In this document: piece by piece, positions 62,561 to 64,000 of the stretch
Layout: each line of letters begins with the position of its first letter
Position numbering within the stretch: the first letter of the stretch is position 1
Source: an uncultured delta proteobacterium
GTDB lineage: Bacteria > Desulfobacterota > WTBG01
Reading direction: 5' to 3'
Length of the DNA: 64,000 nt
NCBI GenBank assembly: GCA_963793865.1
Contig: CAWCBP010000001.1
Span: forward strand, 672,001 to 736,000
Made by a program: the position numbers and the translations under genes
The notes under the pieces: generated by a model
Database searches by the model: none
Seen by the model: only the letters and a program-made list of their open reading frames with translations
What the model was told of the DNA's origin: nothing

Positions 62561-63499
62561 TTATGGCGTCCGGTCTTTTAGCGGCGGCATATCCTTGATG
62601 AGGCTTTCATAGTCCTTCCTGGCCTCCTGGTAGAGCCGCGCGTTGAGCAGGGCGATTCCGGCCTGCTCGGCCAGCTTTTGGAGCAGGTCCGATTCCTTTT
62701 CATCAAAGTGATGTTCATCAGCCGTATAAGCCCGGAGCACGCCGATGACCGTGCTTTTAACCTTCAGGGGAATGGTAAGCATGGAAACAATGCCTTCGCT
62801 GCGCGCCTCGGCCTGGTTGGGGATGCGCCCGTCGGAGCGGGCGTCGCGGATATAAACGGTTCTGCCCTCAAAGGCCTCCTCCATGGATGCGTCCACATCC
62901 GGGGAGGTTCGCTCGAGAAAGGTGTCGCTCAGGCCGGAGCTGACCTTGATTTTGAGCGTCTTGCGCTCCTCGTCAAGCAGGTGCACGCTGCAGGCCTTGA
63001 GCTTCATCAGGCTGACCACGCTTTTCGCGATCAGGGTCAGCACCTCGTTGAGATTGAGCGATGAACTGATGGCGGCGGCGGCGTCCCGGTAGGCCTTTTC
63101 CAGGTGCTTGGTTTCCAGGAGCAGCCGTTTCTTCTCCAGCGCCTTGGAAACCGCGGCCATTAATTCATCGGGGGTGAAGGGCTTGGGCAGGTAATCGAAG
63201 GCGCCCAGCTTCATGGCCTCCACCGCCGTTTCGGCCGTCGAGTAGCCGGTAATCATGATGATGCCGATGTCGGGATCATCATGCTTGATTTTCTTCAAAG
63301 CCTCCATGCCGCTGATGCCGGGCATTTTAAGGTCGGTGATCACCAGGTCGTAGGATGATTCCGAGAGCTTTCCCAGGCCCTCCTGACCGGTATAGGCGCT
63401 TTCAACCGCGTATCCCTCAGGAGAGAGAATGCGCCTGCAGCTTTCCTGCACAATGCTTTCATCATCGATGACGAGTATGGATGCCTTTCTTTCGCTCAT
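62561..63499 (-). CDS. Response regulator receiver + GAF domain protein
   Basis: LVIDDE, TDLKMP, LPKPF; SSLNL.EVL..., IALLNARLY. Confidence 0.88.
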   Translation of the reverse strand: MSERKASILVIDDESIVQESCRRILSPEGYAVESAYTGQEGLGKLSESSYDLVITDLKMPGISGMEALKKIKHDDPDIGIIMITGYSTAETAVEAMKLGAFDYLPKPFTPDELMAAVSKALEKKRLLLETKHLEKAYRDAAAAISSSLNLNEVLTLIAKSVVSLMKLKACSVHLLDEERKTLKIKVSSGLSDTFLERTSPDVDASMEEAFEGRTVYIRDARSDGRIPNQAEARSEGIVSMLTIPLKVKSTVIGVLRAYTADEHHFDEKESDLLQKLAEQAGIALLNARLYQEARKDYESLIKDMPPLKDRTP

Positions 63500-63532
63500 G
63501 GCCGCGTCCTCCTCTGCAGATGCGAAACCCTC

Positions 63533-64000
63533 TCAGGAACCCTGAACCGCGGCTTCCCGGGGGGCAATCGGCAGCTTGATGATAAAGGTGGTCCCCTTGC
63601 CCACGGTGCTTTCGACCGCGATATCACCCCCGTGCTTCTGGATGATACCATAGCTTATGGCAAGCCCCAGCCCGGTTCCCTTTTGCGGGTCCTTGGTGGT
63701 GAAGAAGGGGTCAAATATTTTTGTCAGATGCTCGGGCGCAATTCCGGCGCCGGTGTCGGCGATGTGCACCTCAATCTGGCCGTCCTCACGGCTGATCATG
63801 CTGGTGATTGAAAGCGTGCCTTCGCCGTTCATTGCCTCCGCCGCATTGAGGGCAATGTTCATAAAAACCTGCTGGATCTGATTGTCGTCGATCCAGATGT
63901 CGGGGAGCTGCCCGTCCAGCCGCTTGTCGATGCGGATGTTGTGGAAAAGCCACTGGGGCTCAAGGATCGCAAGCGTGCGGGTGATAATGCCATTGACGCT
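63533..64000 (-). CDS. Sensor histidine kinase, C-terminal HATPase (start beyond window)
   Basis: QQVFMNIALNA, DTGAGI, FDPFFTTK, GTGLGL. Confidence 0.9.
   Translation of the reverse strand, partial: SVNGIITRTLAILEPQWLFHNIRIDKRLDGQLPDIWIDDNQIQQVFMNIALNAAEAMNGEGTLSITSMISREDGQIEVHIADTGAGIAPEHLTKIFDPFFTTKDPQKGTGLGLAISYGIIQKHGGDIAVESTVGKGTTFIIKLPIAPREAAVQGS

Overview
Bacterial genomic window. Gene content and style suggest an anaerobic Desulfobacterota/deltaproteobacterium-like organism (inference). GC-rich housekeeping flanks (hisS, rsmE, M29 aminopeptidase on the left; tRNA-Lys, purF-like, carB, two-component genes on the right) enclose an accessory region of lower GC. That region holds a copper module (multicopper oxidase, cusB, cusA) and a ~20 kb same-strand tungsten/molybdenum locus (23.3-43.6 kb), which is the main finding. 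In the locus, two P3-less Moco/Wco-type riboswitches with terminators head tupA and an OprO/P-type porin. They are followed by a diheme protein with a sulfite-oxidase-like pterin-binding fold, six secreted DNRLRE-domain proteins with dockerin-like or CFI-box-like C-terminal tags, and a metallophosphoesterase fused to a cohesin-like domain. The locus ends with a TiaS-like protein, a single-subunit Mo-storage-protein homologue and tupBC. I infer a riboswitch-controlled cell-surface W/Mo (or pterin-cofactor) scavenging and storage system. Also present: a GEMM-I riboswitch, an unassigned leader RNA, and several REP/MITE families. Many accessory genes carry single-base frameshifts, probably assembly errors, and are reported as joined genes. 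Family names come from motif recognition by eye, not database searches.
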